Origin: Lama guanicoe
Lineage: Eukaryota
Reading direction: 5' to 3'
Assembly (NCBI GenBank): GCA_013239625.1
Contig: MU056434.1
Coordinates: 682,001-746,000, forward strand
DNA: 64,000 bases
Below the pieces are notes generated by a model. It was not told where the DNA came from. It saw only the letters and a list, made by a program, of their open reading frames with translations, and made no database searches. This document shows positions 11,301 through 22,929 of this stretch, one piece after another (within the stretch, counting starts at the first letter, position 1; each line of letters opens with the position of its first letter). The position numbers were made by a program, and so were the translations under genes.

Positions 11301-13847
11301 CCTGGGAGGGCGGTGGACAGCAGAGGTGTGCAGGCCACCAAGGGTGGGGCCAGGCTGGGATGCAGCAGGACCCTGGCTGGGCAGGCCCCTCGCTGATGCC
11401 TGAGGTCTTGCCTTGCTCTGTGCCTCGGTCTCCCCTCTGGCACCAGGGTGAGTGACACCAGGATTTTTCTGGCTGTTCCCACGGCAGCTGTCTCCAGCCA
11501 GGTCACTCACCCCTGCCCTTGCCACTGGGTCGGGTGGGCTCAGGTGTCAGCTGCCACCAGGTGGGGGGCCCCTGTGTCAGAAATCCAAGATGCTTGATGC
11601 TGGATGTCCACACTGGCTGTGGGGAGCTGCTCTGGGGCTGGGTTCAGGCCAGGTACCAACCAGTGGGGTTGAGGTGGAGGGGCCGGGAGGTCTGGAAGGT
11701 CCTGGGCAACTATTTGGAGATGTCCAACCTCAAGATCAGAACCAGGGACACCTGAGGCCACCTTAAGAGAGACGGCATGTGTAGAATGGAGGAGCATTCC
11801 ATTGCCACAGCAAGAGGGAGTGTCCAGGCACCAGGGCAGCATCCATAGCACCTATATGGTGACCGCTGCTGCCTCGCGCAGTGTGTCCACACAGATGCTC
11901 GGAACCCAATCGCTGATTGCTTCTCACAGCAGCCCCAAGGCTTCCGTGGGCCCGGCCAGGATGGGAGCGTCTTTCACCGGTGCAGCCTTGGACCTCTGCC
12001 CTTTTCCCCGATTAATAACATGGTCCCCTCTCACTGCCTGGCATGGGCTTCCACTGGGCCTGTGGATGAGGGAAGTGGCTCTAAGTCCACAGCATCGGGG
12101 CCACACTTCCAGAGCAGATGCATTGAGGGGAACAGGCTCCTGCTGCGTCTGCAAGGCCTCGTCCCAGGAAGTAAAGCCAGAGGCCGGAAGTGGAAGCCAG
12201 GAAACGCCCTCCTCCCAGGCCACCCTGACCATGCAGAGCACTTCTTCATCTGGGAGCAGCAGTCCCCTTCCAGAACATTCCTTTCTCTGCACTGGCAGTC
12301 CCGCATACGTCCGCAGGGTAGCACCACCTTCTGCCTCAGCTGAAGTAAGACTCTGGCTGGTCCTGGCGGGCATTGGGAAGGAATCTGCAAAACTCCTTCT
12401 AAGGTGAGAATGACTCACAGGCCTCCTGTCCAGAGCTGCGGAGAGGGTGGAGGCGACGTCTGAGCAGCCACGTCTGAGCCACAGGAGGGAACGCTCTAGG
12501 GACTAAGTTGCAAGCTTCCAGGGAGAGAAAGGCCCTCTTCCCGGCCAGGGAAGGCTGACTCCGGGGTCCCAGCCTGGGCCCAGTTCACAAGGGCTGGCTT
12601 AGCCCCACACATGTGCCACCTCCATGTGGACATGCAGGCCTTGCATGAAGATGGCTCGGTCCTGCCTGGCCTCACTGCTGTTCGACACACAAGGGCCTGC
12701 TGGTCTTGTGCCCCCGGGTGCCTGGCCTGGACGGGAACAGTGGCATGACCACCAAACAACTTGGGGGCGAGAGCCCCTGAACCCCAGGCTCAAGGACCAG
12801 GCAGAGCAGCAAAGCAGAGCCAGAGCCCTGCAGGTGCAGAGGACGCAGACCTGAGGTGGCGTGGTTGTTGGGGCAGAACCACGGCACGGAGCCAGGAAGG
12901 AGAGGGCTTGGGGCCGGGGCCTGGGCAGGCAGGCGCTTCGGAGAGCGGCCCGCCGTTGAGTCAGAGAAGAGCTGGTGCTCTGGTGCCATGCTGGCATTGT
13001 GCAGGGCTGCCTCCATTTCTCCAGGGGCACCTAGGAGGCTCATATTGGCCCCAGGGCCTGGCCGTTCCCAGTGAGGCCTGAGACAGCCTGGCGCCCGCCT
13101 ACACCCCGCCCAGCATGGGGCGGCCCGTGCGTTGGATTCTGGCAAACATCCTGGCGGGAGGGGCTCGGTTGGCCCTGGGGCACCGGTGAAAGCTCACGTC
13201 CATCTGTCTGTCCGCCCAGCACAGCTGGTGCTGAGTACTCAGGCCGCTGCCCATGCCTCCCTCCTGCCTCACCTTCAGGAGGCCAAAGCTCATCTCACCC
13301 ACCCTCTCTGCCTCAGTTTCCCCACCTCTGGGAGCCCCCTAGTGGGTAGAGGAGAGGAGGTGAGCCACTCAGCCCCTGCCCTCCGTCCTTCAGGTCCCGG
13401 GCTGGCCACAAGCACCTCCTTCATCCTCTCTTCACCCCTCTGGCACTACCTCCAGGCCCGATAGCTTAGTGTGCGGGGGAACTCTAGTGGGGGCTTAAGC
13501 AGAGGGGAAACCGACCCAGCCCCCGCCCCGCCCAGGAAGACAGCAGGAAGGGCCAGGCCACCCCTACAAGGACACAGACCATGTAGGCAGAAGGGCCCCA
13601 GTGGACGGGGGCGGGTGCAGTGTGAGAACCGCCCCAAGCGAGCCTGGGCCCAGGACCCATTCTGACCGACTGGAGGAGTGGGCCCAAGGGCAGGGGCTCG
13701 GCCCGGCCTCAGCGCTGCCAGGCTGCCCCCTCCCCGCAGCTGTCTCTGGCTCTCCAGGCTCCCACCTCCCCCGCCCACTCCAGGACTCCTATTTCACTGA
13801 GGAGATTAAGACCACCTGGCGAGAGCCCCCCTCTGGCCCCTCCCCAC

Positions 13848-14024
13848 NNNNNNNNNNNNNNNNNNNNNNNNNNNNNNNNNNNNNNNNNNNNNNNNNNNNN
13901 NNNNNNNNNNNNNNNNNNNNNNNNNNNNNNNNNNNNNNNNNNNNNNNNNNNNNNNNNNNNNNNNNNNNNNNNNNNNNNNNNNNNNNNNNNNNNNNNNNNN
14001 NNNNNNNNNNNNNNNNNNNNNNNN
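13848..14024. other. Assembly gap (177 N)
   Basis: Run of N. Confidence 1.
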
Positions 14025-17000
14025 CCACCCCCACATTCCCACATGGCCCCGCAGCCCTGCCTCTGTGCCCAGGGACCCCCCCGACGCATCGATGCACTGA
14101 GCCCCGAGCCCTCCAGTCCTCACCCACTGTGCTCCACCAGCCCTGCCTGGTGGCACAGGCACCACTGCTGTCCCCACGGCGGTCCCTGTCCATGTCCTGC
14201 CCGCCAAGCCCAGGGTCCTTTCTGCTCAGCACAGGCTGCAGCTTCCTGCCGTCCTCTTGGGGTCTCAGGAGCAAACTGAGGCAGCTGGTACTTCGGGGAC
14301 AGCAGCCTCTGAGCCTGGGCCCTGGGGGTCTCAGCCATGGGCCCCGTCCAGCCTGCCGTGGGCGGCCGGCCGGGACTGATGCTGGCTCAGACAGACGGGA
14401 GGGAATCTGAGCTCCTAAAACCACAACGCTGAGCTCTGAGCTCGCCTGTTTGTTTGCTTTTGAGAAATTCCAACCTGGTTCAGCAGAGCCGCAGAGGAGG
14501 GAAGGGATTTGTCTGGCTGAGCTGGGGCGGGGCCGTGCTCAGGGACCCGGGAAGCCAAGGCAGAGTCTGGGCACTTGGGCAGGGTGGAGAAGCCGGGCAG
14601 AGAGGGCCTCCTGGGGGTGCAGCCAGGAGCCCCCTCCCCAAGCCCTGGCAGGGTCTGGAGGCCCCACAGGAGCACAGAGGCAATAGCTTCTTTCCCCAGT
14701 CTTGGGGGACAAGTCTAGGGGTGACACCGGCTGGGGAGCCCCATTTGGGAGCTGATGTGAGCCTCCCTGACTCGCACCGTGGGGTCTCCAGCACTCCCAT
14801 TTCTCAGACAAACTCTGAGGCTTGGAGAGGCCCCAGAGCGCTGCAGGATGAGGCTCACACCTGGCAGTGCTCGTGATGCCTGGGCCACACCATCTGCCCT
14901 GGCTCTGCCTGCTCTGAAGGGCCCCTCTCCTCCACGATGTTGTCCCCACCCTCTTTGCAGCAGCTCCTCCCCTGGAAACGCAGGAGTCCAGGCAGACCCG
15001 CTGGGGAGGGGCCTGGTTGCCTCCACTGTTCTCCCCAGGCCTGGGTCCCCTCTCTGCCCATCCAGCTGCTGGACAGTGTTGCCCAGGCTGGACAGTCCAC
15101 CTGCCTCCCGCCTTCAGCCCCAGGTCAGCAGGCGGAGGGGGAGGGGGAGGGGGTCTGCCGAGGGTAGTAGGCACAGCAGCTCTGGACGCCAGGCCATGGC
15201 ACCTGGGTGAGGTTCTGGGTTCACGGGACCCAGAGTGGATGCAGAAGGACTCCGGCACAGAGCCAATCCTCCACTGACTTGGACTGGACTTCCACCCTGA
15301 GTTTCTCCTGAGAGGCACACTTGGCTGTCACTGCAAGTATATGGACAACTTGAACTGAATTGTTAACTGGATCAAGATTTAATGAAAATTCCAAGTCTGA
15401 TGTATTCAATTCTTTTAACTGCTCTAAGCATCCTGAAGATGAGACACACTATCTCCAAAGACCATAGGGAGCTCGCCCTGGCTGGGCCCCGTTAGCAAGG
15501 TGCCAGTGTCCCTGGTGTGGCGGTGCCTCTCCACTGCCTCTGGCCCCGGCCCCGGTTTCTGCCTCCTCAGAACTTCCTTCCTCATCTCACTCAGCAAGCC
15601 GGAGTCAGGGCTGGGGACTGAGAAGGGCGAGTGACCTCCCAGGTGATTCCACCTGGAAGGGTCCCTGTTGAGTGACCCTGTGAAGGGAGTCTCCTCCTGT
15701 CCCCATGTGCACACACTCACCTGGGGGTGTGTTGGAGGAGGAGCCTGAGGAGAGTGTCTGCAGTGACCATCTTCAGGCCACTCACCCTCAGCCCACACCC
15801 CCCGGGGCTTCTGGGTTCTGGCCCTTTTATTGGAAAGTGTGGCTCTGCTGCCCTGACCACAGAGGGGAGCTGTAGGCAGCCAAAATCTAGGTCACCTGGG
15901 TCTCTGAAAGCCACACCTCTGCCTGGGCTGGAGAGGCCAGTGTGGCCAGTAGATGGACAGACAGATGGACAGCCAGCTCCCCATGTGGCTGGGTCCTCTC
16001 GCCAAGTGGGCAGTTAAATCAACAGGCCCAGAAATCGGAGAGGGGCCCAGGGCCTGCCTGTGTAACGGGCTGTCTGTTTGTTTGTTCTAGACTTGTGGGA
16101 ACTTCCAGCCTGCAGGGGGCCCTGGTGCCCTGTGGGGGTCAGGGGGTGCTATCACCCAGGCCTAGCTGACAGCCCCATCCGGTCCGGCCATCCCTCTCAC
16201 CAGCTCCCTGCATCTGTCCTCCTGGGCACTGGGCCCAGAAGACAGCACCCTCTCGGGGAGAGGGGGGTGCAGCTAGGCCCCGGGGCAGAAGGGAGCTGCA
16301 CCCAGCTGTGCACGGCTGTGCAGACCCTGGCCCAACCCCTCCCAGCTTCCCTTGGCTCATTCTGCAGTTATTGGTCCCCCAGGGTCCAGGCTGGTGGTGC
16401 TGGGGTCCAGGAAGGGTCCCAGGTGATGCCACAGAAGGGGTGAGGGGCCAGCCCCCTCCCTGAGCATGGCTCAGCTCATCCCTACCCGGTGTCATCTCCA
16501 AGGCTGTTTCTGGTTCCCAGCCTTTGCCAAGAACTGCCAGGGTCTGCCAGGTATCTCCACGGAGTCCTCAGTCCCTCTCATGTGAACGGACTGTGCACCT
16601 GGGGCTCCCAGGCAGGGGTCCCCAGAGCTGGGGGGGCACAGGCTCCCCGACTGGAGGTTGGGGTAAGGGCCCAACACGATGGAGGAGGCCTGGGTGGGCT
16701 TGCAGGGACTTCTGCATCAGTTTGAGGCAACCCGGAGGGAGGGTCCAGGGAGCAGTTACGGGCCAATGGAGTCACTGCTCTTCCACGTGACTGAGCCCCA
16801 AGGCTGGGGAGAGGGGGTCGCCTCCTCCAAGAGATCAGGCCAGCAGGGCGGGGGCAGGGAAACCGTCCCTGCCTGGGATGAGGCCTCACCACAAGCTCCC
16901 ACAGGCTCTCGGTCCGGCCCTGCCCCGCCAGCCCCAGGGTCTGCAAAGCCCCCCCTCCCCCGCGATGTGCAGACTGTACTGGGGCCCGCAGGGCCACGAG

Positions 17001-18050
17001 CTGGGCGTGCAAGGGTGACCCGCACAGACTTCGCCCCCATTTCACCCCCACCGCGCAGAGCCTGTGGGTCCTCTCCCACGAAGTGGCTGGGGAGGAGGGG
17101 AGGGAGGTCAGAGCACAGCCTCCCCTACCCGCCCACCTCCAGGGCTGGGGTCGCTGCCCGTCCACGACCACGCGCACTATCCAGAAAGCCGCGTTTGTCT
17201 TTGTTGCGGGCCAAGAGCCTTCCTTCGAAGGAGGAAGATAGGGCGCGCCCAGGGGCCAAGGTCCTGCTCCAGCCTCCCGCGGCGGGTGGGGAGAGGAGAG
17301 AGGGGACGGAGCCGGAGCCGCCCTGCGTCCGCCTCTCCCGGCTCCAGCGAAGGTCGCCCCCTTGCACATCCTGCCAGGCTTGGCCCCGCCGGCCAGCCAG
17401 GAGTGGCTGCCGGCAGCAGAAAGGCAGGGTGCAGGCTGGCCCCAGTGCGGGGCCTTCCTGGGAGACCGCTGAGGCCCGTCTAGGCAGATGCTGGAGGCAG
17501 GTCCGGCTAATCAACCCTGAAATGAATGAACAGGGTCGAGGAAAGCCCGGCCCCTCTCTGAGCCCTGGGTGAGGCAGCCCGGTTCTGTCCGGTCCGTGTT
17601 CTGCTTCCAGGGAGATGGGTCCCCAGCGCAACGTGCTCACACCCCGCGGTCTGTCAGCTCGGATGCTTCTGTGTGCGCCTGTGCCCCAGCTGGCCAGAGA
17701 CCCCGTGGGGAGCGCGGATGGTGTCCACCTTGTCTCGAGGAGCTCATGAGTGTAAGGATCCGTGGGCTTTGCGCCCGCCAGCGATGCACATGGGCGCACA
17801 GTTCCTTCCAAGGATGGGAGCGGAGAGGCCCGGAGTGAATTCTGGGCAGCGGCACAGTGCTGCGGATGTGCCTTTTCAGGGGCCGGAGAGTGAGGAGTGG
17901 GGTCCCGCCAAAAGCTGTGAGGGCGCCAGTCTTGATGGCTCCCCTGAAGGAGCCACGTGCGCTGAGGGGAGGCGGAGCTGGGCGGGAGCTGGCAGCCAGG
18001 ACTCTCCAGGGGCCGCCTCCCCGCGCTGGGGAGAAAACAGGGTTTGCTTC

Positions 18051-18160
18051 GGGCACAACTCTGAGGATGCCGAAGCGGGGCGGGGGTGGGGGTGAGTGAG
18101 TGCTGGGGCTTCAGGCACAACTCCGAGGATGCTGGCGCGGGGGTGAGTGAGTGCTGGGGC
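18051..18160. repeat. Imperfect tandem duplication of about 50-60 bp (GGCACAACTCYGAGGATGC...GGGGGTGAGTGAGTGCTGGGGC x2)
   Basis: Read directly; in the TBX1 distal promoter. Confidence 0.8.
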
Positions 18161-18559
18161 GCATTTGAGTGCCCACATGGGACCCTGCGCAGGGCCCCGA
18201 GGGAGAAGCCAAGGCAGCGGCCCCGTTGGCGTTGGCGCCCAGGAAGGGCCGACGTCTCAGTGCCATCCAGCCCTTGCTGCCTCCAGCCCGCAGCTGGACC
18301 ATTCCGCTGCCAGTCCAAGCCGAGCCTCGGTCTTAAGGACTGTAAAGTGGTCTCATCTTAGTTCTCACCTCGCCACGGGCCGGTGCGGCGAAATGCAGGT
18401 CTTGTCTTCAGTCTGTGTCCCAGGCGGAGGGGCGGACCGCAAAGTCCAGGTCCCAGCCGCGCACCGCAACCTAAGGAGGCTGACCCCGAGTGGCGCCCGA
18501 CCCTGGGCAGCGCCCAGCCCTCCTGGCCCGCGCGTGTGGGGGCCCAGCCGGGCCTCCTA

Positions 18560-18623
18560 CCTCGCACACATGGAGGCTCGGCCGGCAGGGGGAGCGAGGC
18601 AGAAGGGAGTCCAGCCGGTCCAG
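18560..18623 (+). other. TBX1: TBX1 non-coding exon 1 (5' boundary approximate)
   Basis: GGCCGGCAGGGGGAGCGAGG...CCAG followed by a strong donor gtgagg at 18624, inside a CpG island. Resembles the human TBX1 5'UTR exon as recalled. Confidence 0.6.
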
Positions 18624-21425
18624 GTGAGGAAGGAAGGCTTCCTACTCAGGCGGCGGCACGCGCGGACGGGGTGTGTGCGACACGGGACCACCTGGCACGC
18701 GCTCCCTGTGGGCACGGGCACCAGGGTTAGGGCAGGGGCAGGCGGCGAGGAGCCCAGTGGAGCAGCCTCCAGGAGGGACCAAGGAGTGCACCCCCAGAGG
18801 TGGGGGAAGCAGCGACACCCAGGCCAGGCCGGGCTGGAGACTCAGCCTTGCACTTCGGGCCCCTTTGGGCCCCTGCAGTTGGGTTCCAGCAGGGCGCGGG
18901 CATTGACCTAAGGTCCTGGTTCTGCTATCCCTCGGGTGAGTATCTGCAGTGGGTGGAGCAGGGCCGCCGTCAGGCAGGGCTGTCTGTGTGGGGGGCGGGA
19001 GGTCCTGACCTCTTCCAGCGTGCTCTCACCAGAGCTTGCCCACCAGATAGAGTGCCTTCTGTTTCTGCACTTTTTCCCTACCCAGCCTGGCTGCCCAGGT
19101 CCCAGCTCAGGCACTAAGGGGTTAATGAGGGGCTGAGAGGTCTGCCCCACCCCACCCCCACCCCGCTCCTGTCCACCTCAGACTCAGAGGGCCCAGGATC
19201 TCCGGACAGCAGCCAGAGACCCAGGAGGCTCACCTGGAGTATCCAGAAGCTCCAGGATTTTTCACTTTCACTTCTTTCTCCTCAATATTGGTTTCACCGG
19301 TGGACTCCACATCTGCCTTCACGTGTTCGCCCAAGTACACACGAAAATCTCCCCAGGTGCACAGGACACCACCACCACCAGCACCCCCACGTGCCGGGAC
19401 AGCACGCATCCCAGGTAGCACACAACATGCACCCCACAGCCACCTGCAGGGTGGATGCAGACCAGCAACAGGTACTCCTGGTGGCCGCCCTGCACACCTC
19501 TTTGGGTACAGACCACCAGCACTGGGCTCACCTCCTGCAGCTCCACCATGACCCACTCCCACCTACTACCCCCAGCTCCACCCAGCTCTCCTGGACCCTG
19601 CGCAGCTCCAACCTGGGGTTCTAGAGGCAGAGGAGCAGGGACCTGGCTGGTCCCAGGATGGCACTCCTCCCTGGGCCTGTCCCTGGGTGCCACAGATCGC
19701 TGTCACTGTCACAGATCCAGACGGCCACTCAGGCCCGGGGCGTACCCTGGCAACAGCTCCTCTTTCCCTGCCCAGTCCACAAAGCAGCAGCTGTGGCCTG
19801 GGGGTGGGGCAGGGGCTCACTGCACATGAGGTGACCCACGCCCACCCCTTCACACAGCAGGACCCCCATACTCACCTGACTCCACTCCAGCCTCGGACTC
19901 TTTACTGGACCCTAGGCCCGGGAGCCAGGCACTTCCTGCGGGAGCCCACTCCCAGGTCCCCAGTTCCTGGGCCTTCCTGCCCAAAAGCAAGCACCCCCTC
20001 GGCCAGGGGTCTGAGGCCCTGGGTTGTAAAAACCCTGAGAGAGGCTGCTGCCTCCCATCTAGATCCAGGCAATAGCAGGCGAAAACCTACGAGAGGCTTT
20101 GGAGTGGAGGCCTAACTTCCAGAGCTTCAGCGCAGGGCCAGAGAGGATCCTGGGAGCAGGGAGGCTTGGAGCCCCACTGGGGAGACTCTGGATGGCAAGG
20201 CCAAGGATGCCCTGAACTGGGCAGAGGAGGCCCAGAGGCAGGAGGTCGGGGAGGCACAGGCCAAGTCAGGCCCTAGCATCCTGGTTGCCTGGGCCTGGAG
20301 GCCAGAGGCCTTGCTCTGCCTGGCCTAACTGGGCAACAGGGCCTTTCCAGGCAGGCAGGCTGGCGGGCCGGGTGGGTGGTGAGCGAGGGGCAGTACACGA
20401 CCCGGCCAGCGGCCTGAATTCCTCCGACGTGTCCTTCGCTCTCTCGGCCAGTCCAGGCCCCGCCCCCGGCCCTCCCTGCGCCCCGGCCGGTGCGTGGGGA
20501 GGTCGGAGGAGCGGGCACTGCCCACCCTCCGGATGTATAAGCGTCCTGGCCAGAGGCGGGCGGTGCGCGCGAGGGTGCGCGTGACGCTGGGGCTCCTGGG
20601 CTGCGCGGCCTGGGCGGCGTCCCTCTGCTCAGGGTCCCCAGCCAGTTAGCTGACCAACTGGGGCTGGGGGGTGTTTGCTGGGCTGGGTCCTGTCCCTGGG
20701 CGCCGAGGAAAGGACGACGCTGTGGCCCTGGGGCCGTCCGCCTGTGGCCAGTGCTGGAGCCCAGACTGCCCTCTCCTCACCCAGGTGCAGGGGCAGCCGG
20801 GGAGAAGGAGGCGGGAGGAGCCGAGGGCAGGGGCAGGGCTGGGCCCCGAGGCCCCATGGAGCTTCCTCAGTGCCCCGCTGCTGTGGGATGGGGCTGGGAG
20901 TTCCTGGTGTCGCCACCTCCCCTCCGGGGGCTGTAGAAGCTGAGGGCTTCGCTGTACAGAGGGAACCCCGGCCTCGGCAGGAGCAGCAGGAGGTTCAAGG
21001 GGTGCTGGTCATGGAGGCCCCTGGGAGCAAAGGCGAGGGGCCCGGAGCTTGAAAAGCAGGAGGGCCGACACGCCCAGGGCTCTCCACCCGCCTGGGCCCC
21101 CTTGGCTGCCACCGGCCCAGAGTAGGGGGCCGTGACGCCACAATCCCCTGGGCCCAGGGCCGTGGTTGTGAGTGGCACCGCGGGCCCCCGCCCCCGGGGC
21201 CCGTGGGCTGGGCCGGCCTTGGTGGGGCTGGGTGCACGCAGTCGGAGGCGGCGCCGGCCAGGCCGCCAGGCGCCTATGGACGCGCGGAGCCCGCTGTCTC
21301 CCCGGGCCAGCGCGTTCAGCATTGCCTCTCTGGTTGCAGGAGAGACCGCAGAGCGCACCTCTCGCCTGGGCCCTGGGTCCTCTAACTGGGTGAAGCTTGG
21401 CCGGCTGCTGGGATCCCCGGCCGGG

Positions 21426-21459
21426 ATGCACTTCAGCACTGTCACCAGGGACATGGAAG
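21426..21459 (+). CDS. TBX1: TBX1 coding exon MHFSTVTRDME(+1 nt); exon probably starts at 21340 after the acceptor ttgcag
   Basis: gggATGCACTTCAGCACTGTCACCAGGGACATGGAAG|gtgag; matches the classical TBX1 N-terminus. Confidence 0.92.
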
Positions 21460-21689
21460 GTGAGCCTCCCTGCTGAGTGAACTCAGATCCTCTCGCCAGA
21501 CCCCCTGCCCCTGCTGCGGTGGGGCCCAAGCAAAGAGGGTTGGCAGGGTCCGGGCGGAGAGTGGGTAGAGGGAGCACTGGTGGGATGGGGCTTCCAGCTT
21601 GGACTCTGGGGCGGAGAGGAAGGGTGGGCAGGATACCCCCTCCAGCCTGGGGACCCCAACGGAGAGACCCACACCCAGCTAGACGCAGG

Positions 21690-22260
21690 CCCAGAATAAG
21701 GAGAGCAAGGGGGTGGAGGACAGGAGAGGAGGCCAGAGAAAGGGGGCAGAGGTGGCCGTGAGCTCGGAGAGGTGGGAGGAATGGGGAGAGGACTGAGGTG
21801 GGACACGGAAAAGGAAGAGCGAACGGTGGGGGCGGTGGGAAGAAAAGATACTGAGAAAAGGAGAGAAAACCATAAAACGGAAAGATGAAAAACAAAGCAG
21901 AGAGCAAGAACGATAGAGAAGAAAGTGGGGAAAATGGAAGAAACAAAGTCAAGTCACCAAAAAAATTAGACTGCAGTTTTTATTTTTTTTAAAAAAAGAG
22001 TTAAAAAGCGTGAATAACACAGGCACAGAGAGAGATGAGGGGAAAGACAGACTGACCAAAAAGAAAGCGATGAGGGACTAGCAGGAAAAAGAGGCTGAAG
22101 CAGAAAATAAAACAGAAATAACGAGACTTGAAAGAGATAGTGGAGGGAGGACAGAGGATGCGGAGGGGAGGTTCGCACGAGGAAGACAAAGGTAAGGAAA
22201 TAACGAATCGGAAGGAGCCTGGAGAGAGCAGTGCTACGCGGGAGGGCGGCAGAGCGAGGG
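21690..22260 (+). repeat. Purine-rich (GA/A-rich) low-complexity tract in TBX1 intron 2
   Basis: About 550 nt of strong A+G bias on the + strand. Confidence 0.8.
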
Positions 22261-22311
22261 GCGGCCGCAGGGCGCTCGGGGGAGCCGGTCCGGGCGGTCG
22301 GGGGGCCGGGC

Positions 22312-22621
22312 NNNNNNNNNNNNNNNNNNNNNNNNNNNNNNNNNNNNNNNNNNNNNNNNNNNNNNNNNNNNNNNNNNNNNNNNNNNNNNNNNNNNNNNNN
22401 NNNNNNNNNNNNNNNNNNNNNNNNNNNNNNNNNNNNNNNNNNNNNNNNNNNNNNNNNNNNNNNNNNNNNNNNNNNNNNNNNNNNNNNNNNNNNNNNNNNN
22501 NNNNNNNNNNNNNNNNNNNNNNNNNNNNNNNNNNNNNNNNNNNNNNNNNNNNNNNNNNNNNNNNNNNNNNNNNNNNNNNNNNNNNNNNNNNNNNNNNNNN
22601 NNNNNNNNNNNNNNNNNNNNN
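22312..22621. other. Assembly gap (310 N) covering the 5' part of TBX1 exon 3
   Basis: Run of N between GC-rich flanks. Confidence 1.

Positions 22622-22929
<308 letters not shown>

Larger units (their letters stand above)
17000..18760. promoter_or_regulatory. CpG-rich TBX1 distal promoter region
   Basis: Visibly elevated CpG density and GC boxes around non-coding exon 1; boundaries estimated by eye. Confidence 0.65.

Noticed and set aside
17125-18318. 397-aa and overlapping long ORFs in the promoter CpG island
   Set aside because: Expected from high GC content; low-complexity P/A/G/R composition.
20867-21952. 361-aa minus-strand ORF antisense to TBX1 exon 2
   Set aside because: The F/L/S/P-rich start is just the complement of the purine tract, and the rest is GC-rich stop-poor sequence; no recognisable domain.
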